The notes under the pieces: model-generated
Database searches by the model: none
Seen by the model: only the letters and a program-made list of their open reading frames with translations
Told to the model about the DNA's origin: nothing
Shown here: positions 13,401 through 26,606 of the stretch, one piece after another
How positions within the stretch are numbered: position 1 is the first letter of the stretch
Layout: every line of letters begins with the position of its first letter
Program-made: the position numbers and the translations under genes
NCBI RefSeq assembly: GCF_026210795.1
Contig: NC_089432.1
Coordinates: 186,001-250,000 of the forward strand
Origin: Rhizophagus irregularis
Lineage: Eukaryota
Reading direction: 5' to 3'
DNA length: 64,000 nt

Positions 13401-15160
13401 CTTTATGCTATCAATATGGTAATGGAACAGAAAAGAATTTAAAAAATACTTTTTATTGGTACCAAAAAGCAATTGAAACTGCACAAAATAATTCTAAAAC
13501 TAAAAATATAACTTATTGTTATATTCATGATTTAAATAGAAAGATAAAACTAATTAAGCCAATGAAAAGATTTATAATTGAATCAGAAGAAGAGAATTAT
13601 AATGAATGTCATGAATGCCATATGAAAAGAAGAGCTTCAAAAAAGAATCAACAAATTTGTATAATTTGTTATCAAGCAAAATTATTATATAAACAAAGTG
13701 GAAATGAAATTTTAGATGAATTCATCAAATATACACAAATTAATTTTGTTCAAGAATCTAGCAGAATGAAATTTATTTCATATGATCGATTTAAAAACAT
13801 AGAATTTATTAAAGCGGGAGGATTTAGTAAAATTTATAAAGCCACATGGATTGATGGACCACATAGTTGGAATGAAGAAAAAGAAGATTTTGAATATGAA
13901 GATCCTAATATAATAGTTGCTTTAAAACAACTTAATAACTCTGAAAATATTTCAATTGAGGAGTTAAAAGAGGTAAACAAATTATTTTATTTAATTTTAA
14001 CAATAATCTAATTTTTTTTTAGAAACTTACATTAATTTATAATTTCAGCTTTTAATGATTTATATTGCTGATTTAAATAATAATTTCATTAATTCTTCAC
14101 TTTATTTAAATGAATATTATGGAATTACTCAAAATCCCGATACTAAAAATTTTATTATCATTATGAAATATTATAAATTTGATTTGAGAAATTATATTAC
14201 AAGAAGTAAAGACTTTTATAATATTGAATGGAATAAAAAATTAAAAATACTCAGGTATATTGCCGAAGGACTTGATCATCTTCATAATCAAGATATTATT
14301 CATCGAGATTTGCATAGTGGAAATATTCTTTGTGAAAATGAAGATGATGTAGTAATAAGTGATTTAGGAATTAGTAAATCGGCATTGGGATCCACAAATG
14401 ATAGTAATGTATATGGTATTATTCCATATATGGCTCCAGAGATTTTGCAAGGTAAAGAATATACTACATCTTCAGATATTTACAGTTTTGGTATGATCAT
14501 GTGGGAACTTATGACAGGTAGATTACCATTTGAGGATCAAACTAAAGATGTTGGACTTGTGAGTAAAATATGTTACGATGGTCTTCTCCCTCCAATAATA
14601 GCCAATGCACCTAAGGATTATATTGAACTGATACAAAAATGCTGGAATTCTGATCCAATTAAAAGACCAAAAGCTGCTGATATAAATAAAAAGTTATATG
14701 ATATATTAGAAGAAGAAGTTAGTAATCCAACAGAAATTATAAAATCGTCAGATATTGCACCTATAGATAATCCAAAAAGTAAACAATTAAGCAATGAAAT
14801 ATTTACGATAATTTCAACACTAGGTAATTTAACCTGATTTATTAAATTGTTTATAATACTATTAAATTTAACACTTTTTGTTTAATTATTTAGTGCCACT
14901 TTATCCAAAAAATAATACAGGTAATTATTTACTGTATATTTTTTATGGTTTATGCTTTACATTATTAATAACTTTTTTTTAAAAAAATATGAAGGTGAAA
15001 AAAGAATGATTGAAAATAATCTGATTGAAGATACTAATTGTGGTATGTTTCGTTAAATTATCTTCGTATAACAAATTAAAGAAGTCAATATTAATGAACT
15101 TAATACTTTTTAGAATTTTGTTATAAAACGAAAGCAAATGAATTTGAAATTGATATTTAA
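10454..15160 (+). pseudogene. Sel1-repeat (~27 repeats) plus TKL protein kinase gene with two frameshifts (pseudogene or sequencing error)
   Basis: ORFs 10454-12031, 11986-12729 and 12740-14011 form one repeat array broken by a 1-nt loss at ~11933-11937 (GCCTTTGTTGG) and a 1-nt gain in the A8 run 12681-12688. A CxxC...CxxC linker and kinase motifs follow (GGFSKIYKA, VALK, HRDLHSGN, DLG, PYMAPE, DIYSFG). Predicted introns 13973-14048, 14824-14893, 14921-14994, 15043-15113; stop TAA at 15158-15160. Confidence 0.8.
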
Positions 15161-15798
15161 AATGTAAAGTTTGAATTAGTAGACTTATTATTTATTAACT
15201 GTATATTGCAAATAAATTATATTTGAATTCATTATTATTTCTAAATTATGATATTACAAATTCGTAAATATTAGTATAGTACCTCCACCCTATTACGTAA
15301 TTGATTGTGAAACATAGATTAAATAAATTAGCCTTTTTTTTGACTTCATTTTTCCAAATTTTACATATTAATCATGAAATCACGTGAAGATATGCGTATC
15401 AAAAAATGTTTTTTTTTGAAATTTTTTAATCGTGTTATTCGTGTATTGTTTAATCATTATTCGTTTGTATTTGATAAATTATTTCTCAGTTCTTTAATTG
15501 TGTATTGTTTGTATTGTTTAATCATTTATTAATATCTGTATTATTAAATTTTCTTCATATTTTTATTGAATTCATTGAATTAGTACTCATATAATATAAT
15601 GTTTATTCATATAACATATTGTATATCTTAAATAAATGTAAATGTATTTATTAAATATTTATCCCACGGTCCTAGTTAAAATTTGTGATATTTTCACGGG
15701 TGGTGTTCATTTAAAAAGATGGGTAAAAAGTCTAATAAAAAGTCTTATCATTATTAGTCAAAATAAGCATATTAAAGGGCTTTATGGTACGGATACCG

Positions 15799-15827
15799 TG
15801 ATTTTCACGGCTGCGCCGTGAAAATCA
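15799..15827. repeat. Perfect 13-bp hairpin with 3-nt loop
   Basis: TGATTTTCACGGC-TGC-GCCGTGAAAATCA. Confidence 0.85.
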
Positions 15828-16899
15828 TTCATCCAATTATGATTACGGCAGTAAAAAAATTGATGATTTCGTACCTACATATGTCAAGTGCATTTATTTT
15901 ATTTAAAATACAAGTTTTTAAAAAATAAAGATGAACAATTCGAATATTTCATCTCGAGAAATTTTAAAATAAGACAGATGTCAAAAAAGAGCAAAATATC
16001 GTATTAATTGAAGGCTTACGCACCTATTCGTAAATATAAAAAAGGTCTTTCATCTAAATAAAATTTATAATTTTTTATGAAATAGAACTGCAAATTTCAA
16101 ATAAATGTTTCGATAGATTTAGAGAATCAATATTAAAAAATTTATGTACTTTAAAAACTTATTTTTACAGCAAATTTATTACATTATTTTATGAACTGTT
16201 AAGGAAAATTTCTGGAAAAATTTTTATCTGATTTAATTAAATTTATATCTTTCTGCAAATCAATAATTTTCATGTGAAAGAAACATGGATTATTTTACAG
16301 GGTAACTGATTAAATCGACTCATTTCAGGGTACGGTCAAAATATAATTTGAATTGGACAAAAAAAAAATTTATTTAAATAAAAAAATTTATTTAACGGAA
16401 TTTTGTGCATAATTTATTAAATAAAATAAAAAATTGAGGACTGGAAAATTTTAATGTTTAATAATACCTTAATGTTGCATCTGACGCACGTCTCTATCAA
16501 CTGACGCAAATCGATACCTGAGACACATTTAAATATTATCGCGAAATCAACTTTTATCAGTCTACCACAATGATTATCCTTATGACTCTTTCTATGTTCT
16601 TGAAAATGATGTAGATTATAAAAAAAATCTTTAAAAAATTCGTTCTCCTGTGGAGCATATGAACTAATTTTTTTTATGTGATAAAAAAACGTTTAGAATA
16701 AGGAAAAGTCATATTAATGTATTAAACATATTTACAGGTTTCTCAACCTTTATCATCATTTTCTGGAGCATCGCCTAACTTTATAGTTGGTATGAATTCT
16801 GTAAATTCTGTAATCTTTATGAAATGACATACATTATCTATTTGTAATTGTTCCAAAAAAAAAAAATCTTGGATTATTAATACATCAATTCTCTGAATA

Positions 16900-17120
16900 A
16901 AGTGTTTCGAACCAGATTTAGCTTTTAAAACTTGATTTATTTTAACCTATAATATATTCGGTTTCCTTCGATTCCTTCGGATTATTCATGAAACTAAGCA
17001 GCCGAACCTTCGGTTTCGGATTTATATATATCCAGTTCCTTCGTTTTATTCCGAATTTTAATTCGAATCGAAGGGAAATCAGATTTAAATCCGAAGGTTG
17101 AATATCGGTTCCAAACTCTA
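16900..17120. mobile_element. Degenerate hAT-like MITE inside a decayed minus-strand gene remnant (~16730-17700)
   Basis: Imperfect termini AAGTGTTTCGAACC / GGTTCCAAACTCTA and many internal TTCGG/CCGAA motifs. No clear TSD. Confidence 0.4.
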
Positions 17121-18754
17121 CCAGGAAAGATATTGTATTGAAGAACTACGACGGTGTCTTGTAACAAATTTCCGATCTTAAAAATTTTTGGAGCTACTAG
17201 GTTATAATATTCTAAAGGGTTAGCAATGCTCATTAAGGAATATTTCGTGTGTTTATGCGACAAATTTACTAGAAATACAAAAATATTAATTCAAATACTA
17301 TTTGATTTTTTACGCACATATACTGAATTAAAAGACTTTAGTCACGTAAAATTAATTGTTAATGTTTAGAAAAATGATTAGCTTACCTGTTAGTGATGGT
17401 TGGAAATATTCTATTGATTTATTACCCGATTTTTGAGAGTGGTAAGGAACGAACCTTATATAATTTTAAATTCATTAATACGTAACCTGTATTATATTAT
17501 TGAAAATTACAAGAAAATACATTGGAGAGGGGATGTTCCAGGTAGAATTTGATTTGGATGACAGTTCAATTCTTTAAATTAGTGAGTTTTCTATATTGAG
17601 ATTTTTATTTTCTGTAATATTAATAGTTGAGTAAATTTATTCATCGTCCATAACGATGCTTTCTCTCTGGGCAAAATTACGTAATGTCAGCGTCATGTAC
17701 ATTTAAAGAGGGGAATGAAAAATAGATTTTTAAAAACAAAAAAATTTGTCCCCAGAATATCTATGAAAATGAAAAAGGGAGGGGTGAGACAAGGAGTGCG
17801 TGGCAAAATAGTAGCGATGAATCGTGTTCGATGAATAAATTATGTCTTTTAATTAAATACTGTATTTGTCTTTAAATAAATTCAGAATTATAATATAATT
17901 ACATTAACTATGAGACATTTATTATAAAATAAGGCGGTAAAAAATATTATATCGAAAATTCGTGATTGAATAACAGGGATGCGATTTATATATTAGTCAT
18001 CAATCAAGAATTTATGTACATTTTTTAGTAATAGAAAATATTGTTTTATAAGAAATGGAATTCTTTCCCCCAAAAGTAATCTTTATTTCATTTTTGCATT
18101 CATTTATAAATTGGGGCTTCGTTTAGTTTCATTTCAGGATTATTCTATCTTCTTTTTTCGAGGTTAAATGAGGTGATTGCTGGAAAAAGGGACCAAATCA
18201 ATGAAAAAAACAAATGTTTTGGCATATTCACATAGATGCAAACTTGATCATTTGATTCAGAACATTCATGATTTAAAAAGACATACGGACATAGTCTCAT
18301 AATATATGATATTCGGCATTTGGGACGAGTGTTAGAACAAGGGTCCAAATTGTAAAAAAAAAATTAGTATAAATATACTATATTTATTTATCTCTATTTT
18401 TATTTCTATTTCATGTTCATTTTGTATCTTTGTACAGTATCTATAATATACGACGATAAATTTTTATTAAGATAAAAATTAGGCAAATCGTTGAAACGGT
18501 CAAATAATAAATAAATAAATAAATTAATAATAACTAACAACACTTTACGGAACTATTTTTTTCGTCAAAAATAAATTTGACTGCGCCAAGTGATCGACAT
18601 AACATTTTTTTGACACAGGAGTGACAGGACGCAGGGAAAATTATTTTTTTGTTGTACAATTATTTCGTACTACATTACTTTGCTTAATAAAAATATGCAG
18701 TATCATATTTCGTAATTTAAATTTCTTCCCCCATAGAATTATTATTATTTCACA

Positions 18755-19801
18755 ATGGCCGATAATATTACAAATAATAGCAATTATACTAAATTATCAA
18801 ATAAACAACAACTAAATTCGGATATACCAAATACTAATAATGATTCATTAGAATTATCTCAAATCATTCGAAATTTTTTTAAAGTAAATATAAAGGAAGT
18901 AGAACCCACAACTCATAAAAATATTAATGAAAATATTTTGGAAGGGGATTTAAGTTTTATAGCTGATGAATTAGTTGATCTCATTTTTACGGATTTTAAC
19001 AAAGGAAAAGAAGGAAGAGTAAGAAGGAAAAATGTTTTTAATTATATTAATAATTACAAGATAAATTCACAAGAAATCTATGATTGGTTATTACATAATC
19101 AAACTAGTTCAAATTTCACTTATTTACTTGGATATTTTAATTATTATGGAATTGGAATTGATATTAATAAGAAAAATGCATTTAAATTATGTCAAATTGC
19201 AGTAGAATTAGAAAATGATGCAGCTAAATTTGAAATAGCTAATATGTATATAGATGGTGATGGTGCTGATAAAGATCATGATAAAGCTTTTGAATTATCA
19301 AAAAATTTAGCAAAAAATGAATATCCTTGTGGAATAAATTTATTAGCATATTGTTATGAACATGGAATTGGGACTGAAGTTAATGAACAAAAAGCATTTG
19401 AATTATATAAAAAGGTGGCAGATTTAGGGAATTTACATGGAATATGTAATTTAGGAGTTTGTTATGAAAATGGAATTGGAACTGATATTGATGAAGAAAA
19501 AGCATTTAAATTATATCAAGCAGCAGCAAATTTAGGATATTCATATGGAGTAAATAATTTAGGATGTTGTTATAATTATGGAATTGGAATTGATTTTGAT
19601 GAAGAAACGGCATTTGGATTATATCAAAAAGCAGCAAATTCAGGAAACGAATATGCACAATATAATCTCGCTATAATGTATGAACATGGAAAAGTAGTTG
19701 AAGAAAATATGGAAAAGGCCATTTATTGGTTTAAAAAATGTGCTGATCAAGGGCATCAAGATGCTAAAAAGAAATTAATGAGTTTTCAGATAAACTATTA
19801 A
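18755..19801 (+). CDS. Kinase-free Sel1-like repeat protein (6 repeats)
   Basis: 348-aa ORF with the same N-terminal domain and Sel1 repeats as its paralogues. Confidence 0.9.
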   Translation: MADNITNNSNYTKLSNKQQLNSDIPNTNNDSLELSQIIRNFFKVNIKEVEPTTHKNINENILEGDLSFIADELVDLIFTDFNKGKEGRVRRKNVFNYINNYKINSQEIYDWLLHNQTSSNFTYLLGYFNYYGIGIDINKKNAFKLCQIAVELENDAAKFEIANMYIDGDGADKDHDKAFELSKNLAKNEYPCGINLLAYCYEHGIGTEVNEQKAFELYKKVADLGNLHGICNLGVCYENGIGTDIDEEKAFKLYQAAANLGYSYGVNNLGCCYNYGIGIDFDEETAFGLYQKAANSGNEYAQYNLAIMYEHGKVVEENMEKAIYWFKKCADQGHQDAKKKLMSFQINY

Positions 19802-20776
19802 TTATTATATGAGTCAAATATTACCGAAATTCGGTTATTCATGTTTTCGTATAGCACATTGGTTCATCACTACAGTACAATATTGAAACTCACGCAAAAA
19901 GCATTATTATAATTTATTTATTTTTCATTTTACGACAGCAAGTTGTGTTATATAATTAGTTATTATAGTGGTGTATTTTATGTTATAATTTTCTTATAAA
20001 TAAACTTTTTTAGTTTCTTGTATTAATATGTATATGAGGATTCTATTAATAGGACTTCATCTTTCAATCTCAGAATACTTTCTGAAAAGTAATGTTAAAA
20101 GAAAATAATAAACATGAACAAATATTAAATGTAATATAAAAGATTCCCATTGTCCCCCCAAGTACTGATCAATTGAAACTGAATTGATGTCAAGCTGATG
20201 AAAAGATTCGATAATCGATTCCAATCCCAAGAATTGACTAGATTTAATTGGTCATAAATTTTTGATAAAGATCGACTGAAATCTATTAACAATTACTTGT
20301 CGAGTAAACAATAATTGAACAATTAATTTAGCAATTAATCGATCCATTTTTTATATCGTAAATAATAAATTTTGTAATCAAGTGTAAAATAATATAGGGT
20401 ACATTCGTAAAATTAAAATAAATTTCGTATTGTCCGATATGCCGATATGGGGAGTAAAATCTTACATGTCGTTAATTTATTTTTGTTACATATATATTGT
20501 GATTTAATAATCTGTCAATATATTTAGAAGTTAGAACCTTGAGCAATTATATAAAGAGAATTTTACAGGTTGGATACGTGATATAGCCGAAAAAGGAAGG
20601 ATCCACACATGATTTTACAGAAAGACTTGTTAGATTGGCGTAAAAAAAATTAATTATTTCTATAACAGATTAGTGATTAAGTACTGCAGTACTACGATCC
20701 AAAATAAATATGCAGTGTAAAAATCAAGCATTATTTCATTTTAAAATTTCTTTCTCCAGTAGAATTATTACCTGTA

Positions 20777-21427
20777 ATGAATGATAACACTAAAGTACAA
20801 GATGCTTACAAATATTATCAACCAGATAATAATTACCTTGAATTATCAAATTTTTATAAAGTAAATGTAATGGAAATAAAACCTACAACTCAAGATATTA
20901 ACGAAAACATTTTTGAAGAAGATTTAAGTGACGTAATTGATAAATTGGTTAATCTTTACTTTGAAGAAACGAATAAAGGAAAGGAGGAAAGAGAAAGAAA
21001 AAAATTTGTTCTTGATTATTTTAATGATTGTAAAATTAATTTACAAGAAATCTATAATTAGCTTCTAAATAATCAAACTAGTTCAAATTCTATTTATTTG
21101 TTTGGATATTTTAATTATCATGGAATTGGAACTGATATAAACAAGCAAATTGCACTTGGATTATATCAAAAAGCAGCAGAATTAGAGAATTTTGTAGCTC
21201 AATTTGATCTTGCTTGTATGTATTTATATGGAGCGGGTACTGATAAGAATTATAATAAAGCTTTTAAATTACTTGAAAAATTATCAAGAAGGAAACATAC
21301 ATATGGAATGAAATGGTTAGGCCATTGTTATAAATTTGGATATGGAACTGTAAAAAATATGGATAAAGCGACTTATTGGTATAAAAAATCTTCTAGTCTA
21401 GGAAGTAAATATGTTTTAAATAATTAA
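20777..21427 (+). pseudogene. Sel1-like repeat gene (3 repeats) with a nonsense mutation
   Basis: ORFs 20777-21061 and 21098-21427 are in the same frame. TAG at 21059-21061 replaces the conserved Trp codon (EIYN*LLNNQ vs EIYxWLLNNQ in paralogues). Confidence 0.85.
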
Positions 21428-23417
21428 AGCAGTTTTCAAAGATAATTATATTCATCTATATGATATTATATGATCTAAGCCCAGAAAAATATATTTATAA
21501 CTTTATTAGCTTGTAGTAATACCAAATTTTAGTCATTGTGCAGTTATAAACTCATATAAAATGTAAAAAAGTATATTTGACCTAAATAAATACATGACAG
21601 TTTACTATAACAAATAAATAAATTTGCAATTCAGTTATTCCATCACTAGTAATGTGAAATTGAAAATATAAAATAATGAGTGTGAATCATTTACTCTTAT
21701 CGTACAAAGAACACGAATTTCATGTTACATGAGCCGGTGTAGTAGGTAAAATATATGAAATAATTGGAATTTATCAGTAAATCTCGAAATTTACATTAAC
21801 GGGCTTAATATTGATAAAATCTCCTAAATTATTCTGCATTGTGCCCAACAGATGGAACACATTCGTGTCATATGGAATATGGATTGCAACTTCAAGCAAA
21901 TTTATGAATTATGATTTCGCCAGAAGTGGTTAATGATAAAAGTACATGATGTTAAACGATAAACCGCTTGCAGAAATTGGACAGACTTAAGTTATAGTAT
22001 CATGATCAATTAACTGCGCCTATTAATAATTTTATCTTTCATTTTCTACAAAAGTAACGTACGATAGTTTTCATTGAACATATTTTATATTTAGATATTA
22101 TGAATTATCTTACAGAATCGAAAATTCACATGCTCCTCATTTTTATTATATAAATCTTTCAATATCCTTATTTTCGCCAACATTATTTCATTTATGATAA
22201 TACTTAAATCATCCTCACAAGAGCACTTAAACGATCACTTAATTCATTTCGGCTTTGTAAAGACTCATTATATACGATATATTACGATTTACGATATATA
22301 ATCCCTTAAGTTATTTGTGATGGAGGAAAAGAACAAAATTTCTCTGTATATGCTTTTTGTCCAAATATATCTCAATTGAATTTGAACTCTTTTAAATGTA
22401 ATTCTGTTTATTTAACATTATTGATGCTGCTTATGATTTTATAGGAGTATATAAGTTAGAATCATAGGATACACTGTTATCATTATTTATTACATTGGTG
22501 ACAAAAAATGTGGACTTGCACATTCCTAGCTAAAGGAAATAATATTTTAGAGATGTTGGAACTCGTGCACTAGTAAACGGTTGTATCACTCTTAAATATA
22601 TTAATAAGTTGTTTGATTTAATCGGATAAAAGTTCGAAGTAGGTAATCGCAAGATGAAAAAGGTTAATTAGAACGGTTACATATATAATCAATAGTTGTA
22701 AGTGCCTTTATGCCCTTTATGCCTAATTTAAAAATTTTGAGTAATTCTATAAAGAAAGAAATTTTTTTAGTATGAAATAAGGTCAAGTATTTTTATATAG
22801 TACTCAGTACTATATAATGAACTAAAGAAATTATTGCGTCACCGTAATTTTTAACGGATCGACTAGACAAAAAAAATTCGAAGAAAATATTAAAAATATA
22901 ATGAAAAATTTCACAATATACTGTAAAAAAAAACATCATTTTATGTCAATTTTTTAACCGCCCTTAATTATACGTTAATAAATCAAATAAATTTTATTTT
23001 CAACTTTTCATTCCATTTCGTTGAATATAATGTTTAATATATTATTATAATAGAATTTATGAAATGCCATGTACATTTGATCTGTATTTTATAATGGAAT
23101 TAGTACATATAAAAAATATCCTGTCCAGGATTTGCATGTTAGTCATTATGTTAGGAAATGCAATTATAATCTCATAAAGAATGTATTACTGTTACTTAAA
23201 TATTAAGCCTAAATCTATGACAATTTATTACACTATAAAAGCAAATTTATAACTAAATAAATTTATAAATCTAGTTATAAGAAATGTGAAATTGAAAAAA
23301 AACTAGTTCTTATAAATATTTTGAAAATTCACCACCCGTAATTTAGCCTTATAAATACTAATTCTTAAGTACATGTAAAAAAAAACGCATAATATTAATA
23401 TTAAAAAATATAAGTTA

Positions 23418-24179
23418 TTATTTGAAAAATAGCTTTAATTTATTTTGAGCATATTTACTTCCTTTATCAGCAGATTTTTTATACCAATAAACTGCTTTAT
23501 CAACATTTTTTTCAGTTCCAAATCCAAACTCATAGCAATAACCTAACCATTTCATTCCACGTGGATTATCTTTTTCCGATAATTTTTCAAATAATTTAAA
23601 AGCATTATAATAACTTCTATCAACATCTATCCCATAATAGTACATATAAGCAAGTTCAAATTGAGCCACAACATTTTCCAATTCTACTGCTTTTTGATAT
23701 AATTCAAGTGCGATTTGTTTATTAGTTTCAACAAAAATTCCATGATAATTAAAATAACCAAGTAAATAAATAGAATTTGAACTATTTTGATTATCTATAA
23801 GCCATTTATGTATTTCTTGTAAATTTATCTTATTATTATTAAGATAATCAAGAACAAATTTTTTTTTTGCTTTTTCTTCTTTTCCTTTATTTGCAGTTTT
23901 CCTAAAATAAAGTTTAACCAGTTTATCAATTAATATACTTAAATCTTCTTCAAAAATATTTTCTTTAATATCTTGAATTGTAGGTCCTATCTCCATTATA
24001 TTTATCTTAAAAAAATTTTGAATATTTTTAGATAATTCTGTACATAATGGATCATTAATAGTTGATGCATCAATATTATCCAAATTTTGAATTAATTGTT
24101 GTTTATTTAATTTAAAATTATAATTTTCGGTTTGATAATATTTATAAGTAGATTGTTTTTCAACAATAATATCGGACAT
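23418..24179 (-). CDS. Kinase-free Sel1-like repeat protein (3 repeats)
   Basis: 253-aa ORF; shares the GMKWLG repeat with the 20777 pseudogene. Confidence 0.88.
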   Translation of the reverse strand: MSDIIVEKQSTYKYYQTENYNFKLNKQQLIQNLDNIDASTINDPLCTELSKNIQNFFKINIMEIGPTIQDIKENIFEEDLSILIDKLVKLYFRKTANKGKEEKAKKKFVLDYLNNNKINLQEIHKWLIDNQNSSNSIYLLGYFNYHGIFVETNKQIALELYQKAVELENVVAQFELAYMYYYGIDVDRSYYNAFKLFEKLSEKDNPRGMKWLGYCYEFGFGTEKNVDKAVYWYKKSADKGSKYAQNKLKLFFK

Positions 24180-25119
24180 TATTGAATAATAAATAATTTT
24201 ATGAGCCGTGAAGAAAGAATTATTTTTAGAATTTTAAATAAGCTAATTTTTTACACTGCATATTTATTTACATTTGATTACTAATTAAAGAAATGATTTC
24301 ATTTGCCGCAGATTAATTTTCTGCGCCACCGCAATTGTCGTTGATCCGAACTTTTTTAGTTATATCACGTGCTATCCTATAGCATGTGCACCAATAATAA
24401 TCGACAACTCTTAAATAAAAAAAAGCAGGCTAAGCAGCGAGTTAAAAGTTTTTGCATATAATTATCTCATGACATAGTTTTTATTTTTACGTACTGCTTA
24501 CATATTACAAGAATATTTTTGAAAAAAAAATGTTAATAATAAATCTTCATACAATACGTATTATATATACATATATATTTTTATTATACTATGATACGTA
24601 TCAAGTGTCTTGATAGTATATCGAACGAATTAGAGTGTTTATTCTTCGAGTCAATAATATCTTACAGTACTTTAAAGCGAACGGATGAAGAGAAAATAAC
24701 AATATTTCCTAACATTAAATAGTACAAATTAAAAATATATCATTTTAGTTATTGCGAGTTTGCGACGCATTCTTATGATGTTATTCCCTTAATAGTTTAA
24801 TATCGTAAATCTTAATGTCCTAATCTAGATAATGTAAGTATAATTAGTGTTTAAATAGTCTAAATTTAGTTGTAACGAGAGACGTAATTACTTTATTTTA
24901 GGAAATGGTTAATATAACTAATACTACTAATGCTACTAACAAACATCATGGTGTATTTACACTATTCTTTCCAGGGTAAGGATTCATAAAAGGCAACTAT
25001 AAAATTCAAATAATTGGAAATTAGCAATACTGAAATTAAATCATATACATTTACACAAAAATAACGTGATCATAAACGAAAATAAAAAAATACTTACACT
25101 GTACTAATAGTAAAAATAT

Positions 25120-25395
25120 AATCAGTTTTTAGCAATTCACTCCTTTTTTTTGCAGCTTTTTCAAACTAGATTTTAAAATAATAATAGATTGATTAATAAT
25201 TTTAATAACTTTTAGTAATTAAATATACGATAAATACAATATATACTTAACCTTCTTTCTTGTTATTCCATAATATTTTAAAGATCTCCATAAAGTGGGT
25301 ATAGAAACCTCTTTTTCAGTTTTATTAATTATCTCTCCAACAATTTCATCCAAATAATAATTAGGACATTCTTTAATAATTTCTTGTAAAATTTA
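25120..25395 (-). mobile_element. IS630/Tc1-mariner-like transposase fragment (HTH region) with an intron
   Basis: Minus-strand translation ILQEIIKECPNYYLDEIVGEIINKTEKEVSIPTLWRSLKYYGITRKK, intron 25251-25166, then FEKAAKKRSELL. Matches the P..YLDE...VS..T.WR.L...G.TRKK...A.ER pattern of fungal Tc1/IS630-like transposases. Confidence 0.7.
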
Positions 25396-26606
25396 AAAAA
25401 TTACACTCCGCATTCTGGTATCGTCATCTCTTAATTATTAATTATATATAAGTTTTAATTAATCCAGAAAAATGGTACTATATTTTCCTTTGTATTAATT
25501 ATATAATTCTAAAACCCAAAGTTTGAATATATTCTTACAAGCTTTAAAGTCTAATCAATCATTATTGTACCGTAAGTGATTTACTGCAAAATCAGGATTT
25601 TATGCACGTTATTACAATGATTACTATTACTCTATTAGATGATACATTAATAGAAAATTTGCTTCTCGTAATGTACTTACAAAATTTCCTTCATAGTCAA
25701 ATTGTTAAATCAAAAAAATTGCGATGAAAATTATAATGGAAATTGAGAATAAAAATTCGATGAAATATTTAATTATTAAATAATATTGTAATGAAAAGTC
25801 CATTAGAGGATTTAATAATTATTTTTAATTGTTGTCATCAGCATTCTTATTACCTACTAGCTACTAACGGTTTCTATTTATTTATAATAATTATAGAGAA
25901 CCCAATAAATTATTTTTACATTGAACAATTTTTTTTTCTTTTTTCATTCTTTATCGCTATCGATACTGTTATACTGACATATGTAGTATAAATTATTTAG
26001 AGTCTTGTCTTCGTGTATATTTGTGTATATTTTAACTTGATTAATATTTTTATTCTTTCAAAAAGACATTACCTATTTTAAGTTAATCGCTTATTTTTTA
26101 TTATAATTACCTAAATTACTATTCATTACCAGGTTAATATTTCTCTGAGGCTCTGATACCATTGCTTAAACTCCAGCTCCAATGGCCTGGTAAAGTCCAG
26201 TATTTTATTTCGTAAGTTCTACAATTATTTACGCCTGTTTTCTTTTTATTTGATCTAATGAAACTAATAAATTTTCTTAGTGATTAGATTACTTGTATGT
26301 TTTTTATTTTATTTTATGGAAAAGATTACTTGTATGTATCACTTATAGCTAAGAAATTATTTCAACATAAAGATAACGTGACAATTTCATCTCGTGATGT
26401 ACGTGACATGTCTAACATGAATGCAGATACTACAAGAACCAGGAAATCATTTTGAGTAACGGTAAGTTGCACTACATTATAAGACTGCAAATCATTGCAA
26501 ATAATTTTGGACACAAACCTTTATTTCTCTTTTTTCTCACCATAATTTTTATAGCTTTCAAATTTATAAAAATCCTTTTTTTTAAACCTCTTTTTTAAAT
26601 AATTTA

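Noticed and set aside
10482..13484. Short alternative-frame and antisense ORFs (10482-10784, 12533-12745, 13007-13249, 13020-13232, 13293-13484)
   Set aside because: Shadow frames of the Sel1 repeat array; no independent coding signal.
10454..13490. Regular 108-bp periodicity as a possible CRISPR or non-coding repeat array
   Set aside because: The units are protein-coding 36-aa Sel1 repeats without unique spacers; the context is eukaryotic and no cas genes are present.
16730..17700. Possible intron-containing gene on the minus strand (includes ORF 16994-17263)
   Set aside because: Multiple stops and frameshifts, a MITE insertion and no recognisable family; the ORF runs into the MITE. At most an unidentifiable relic.
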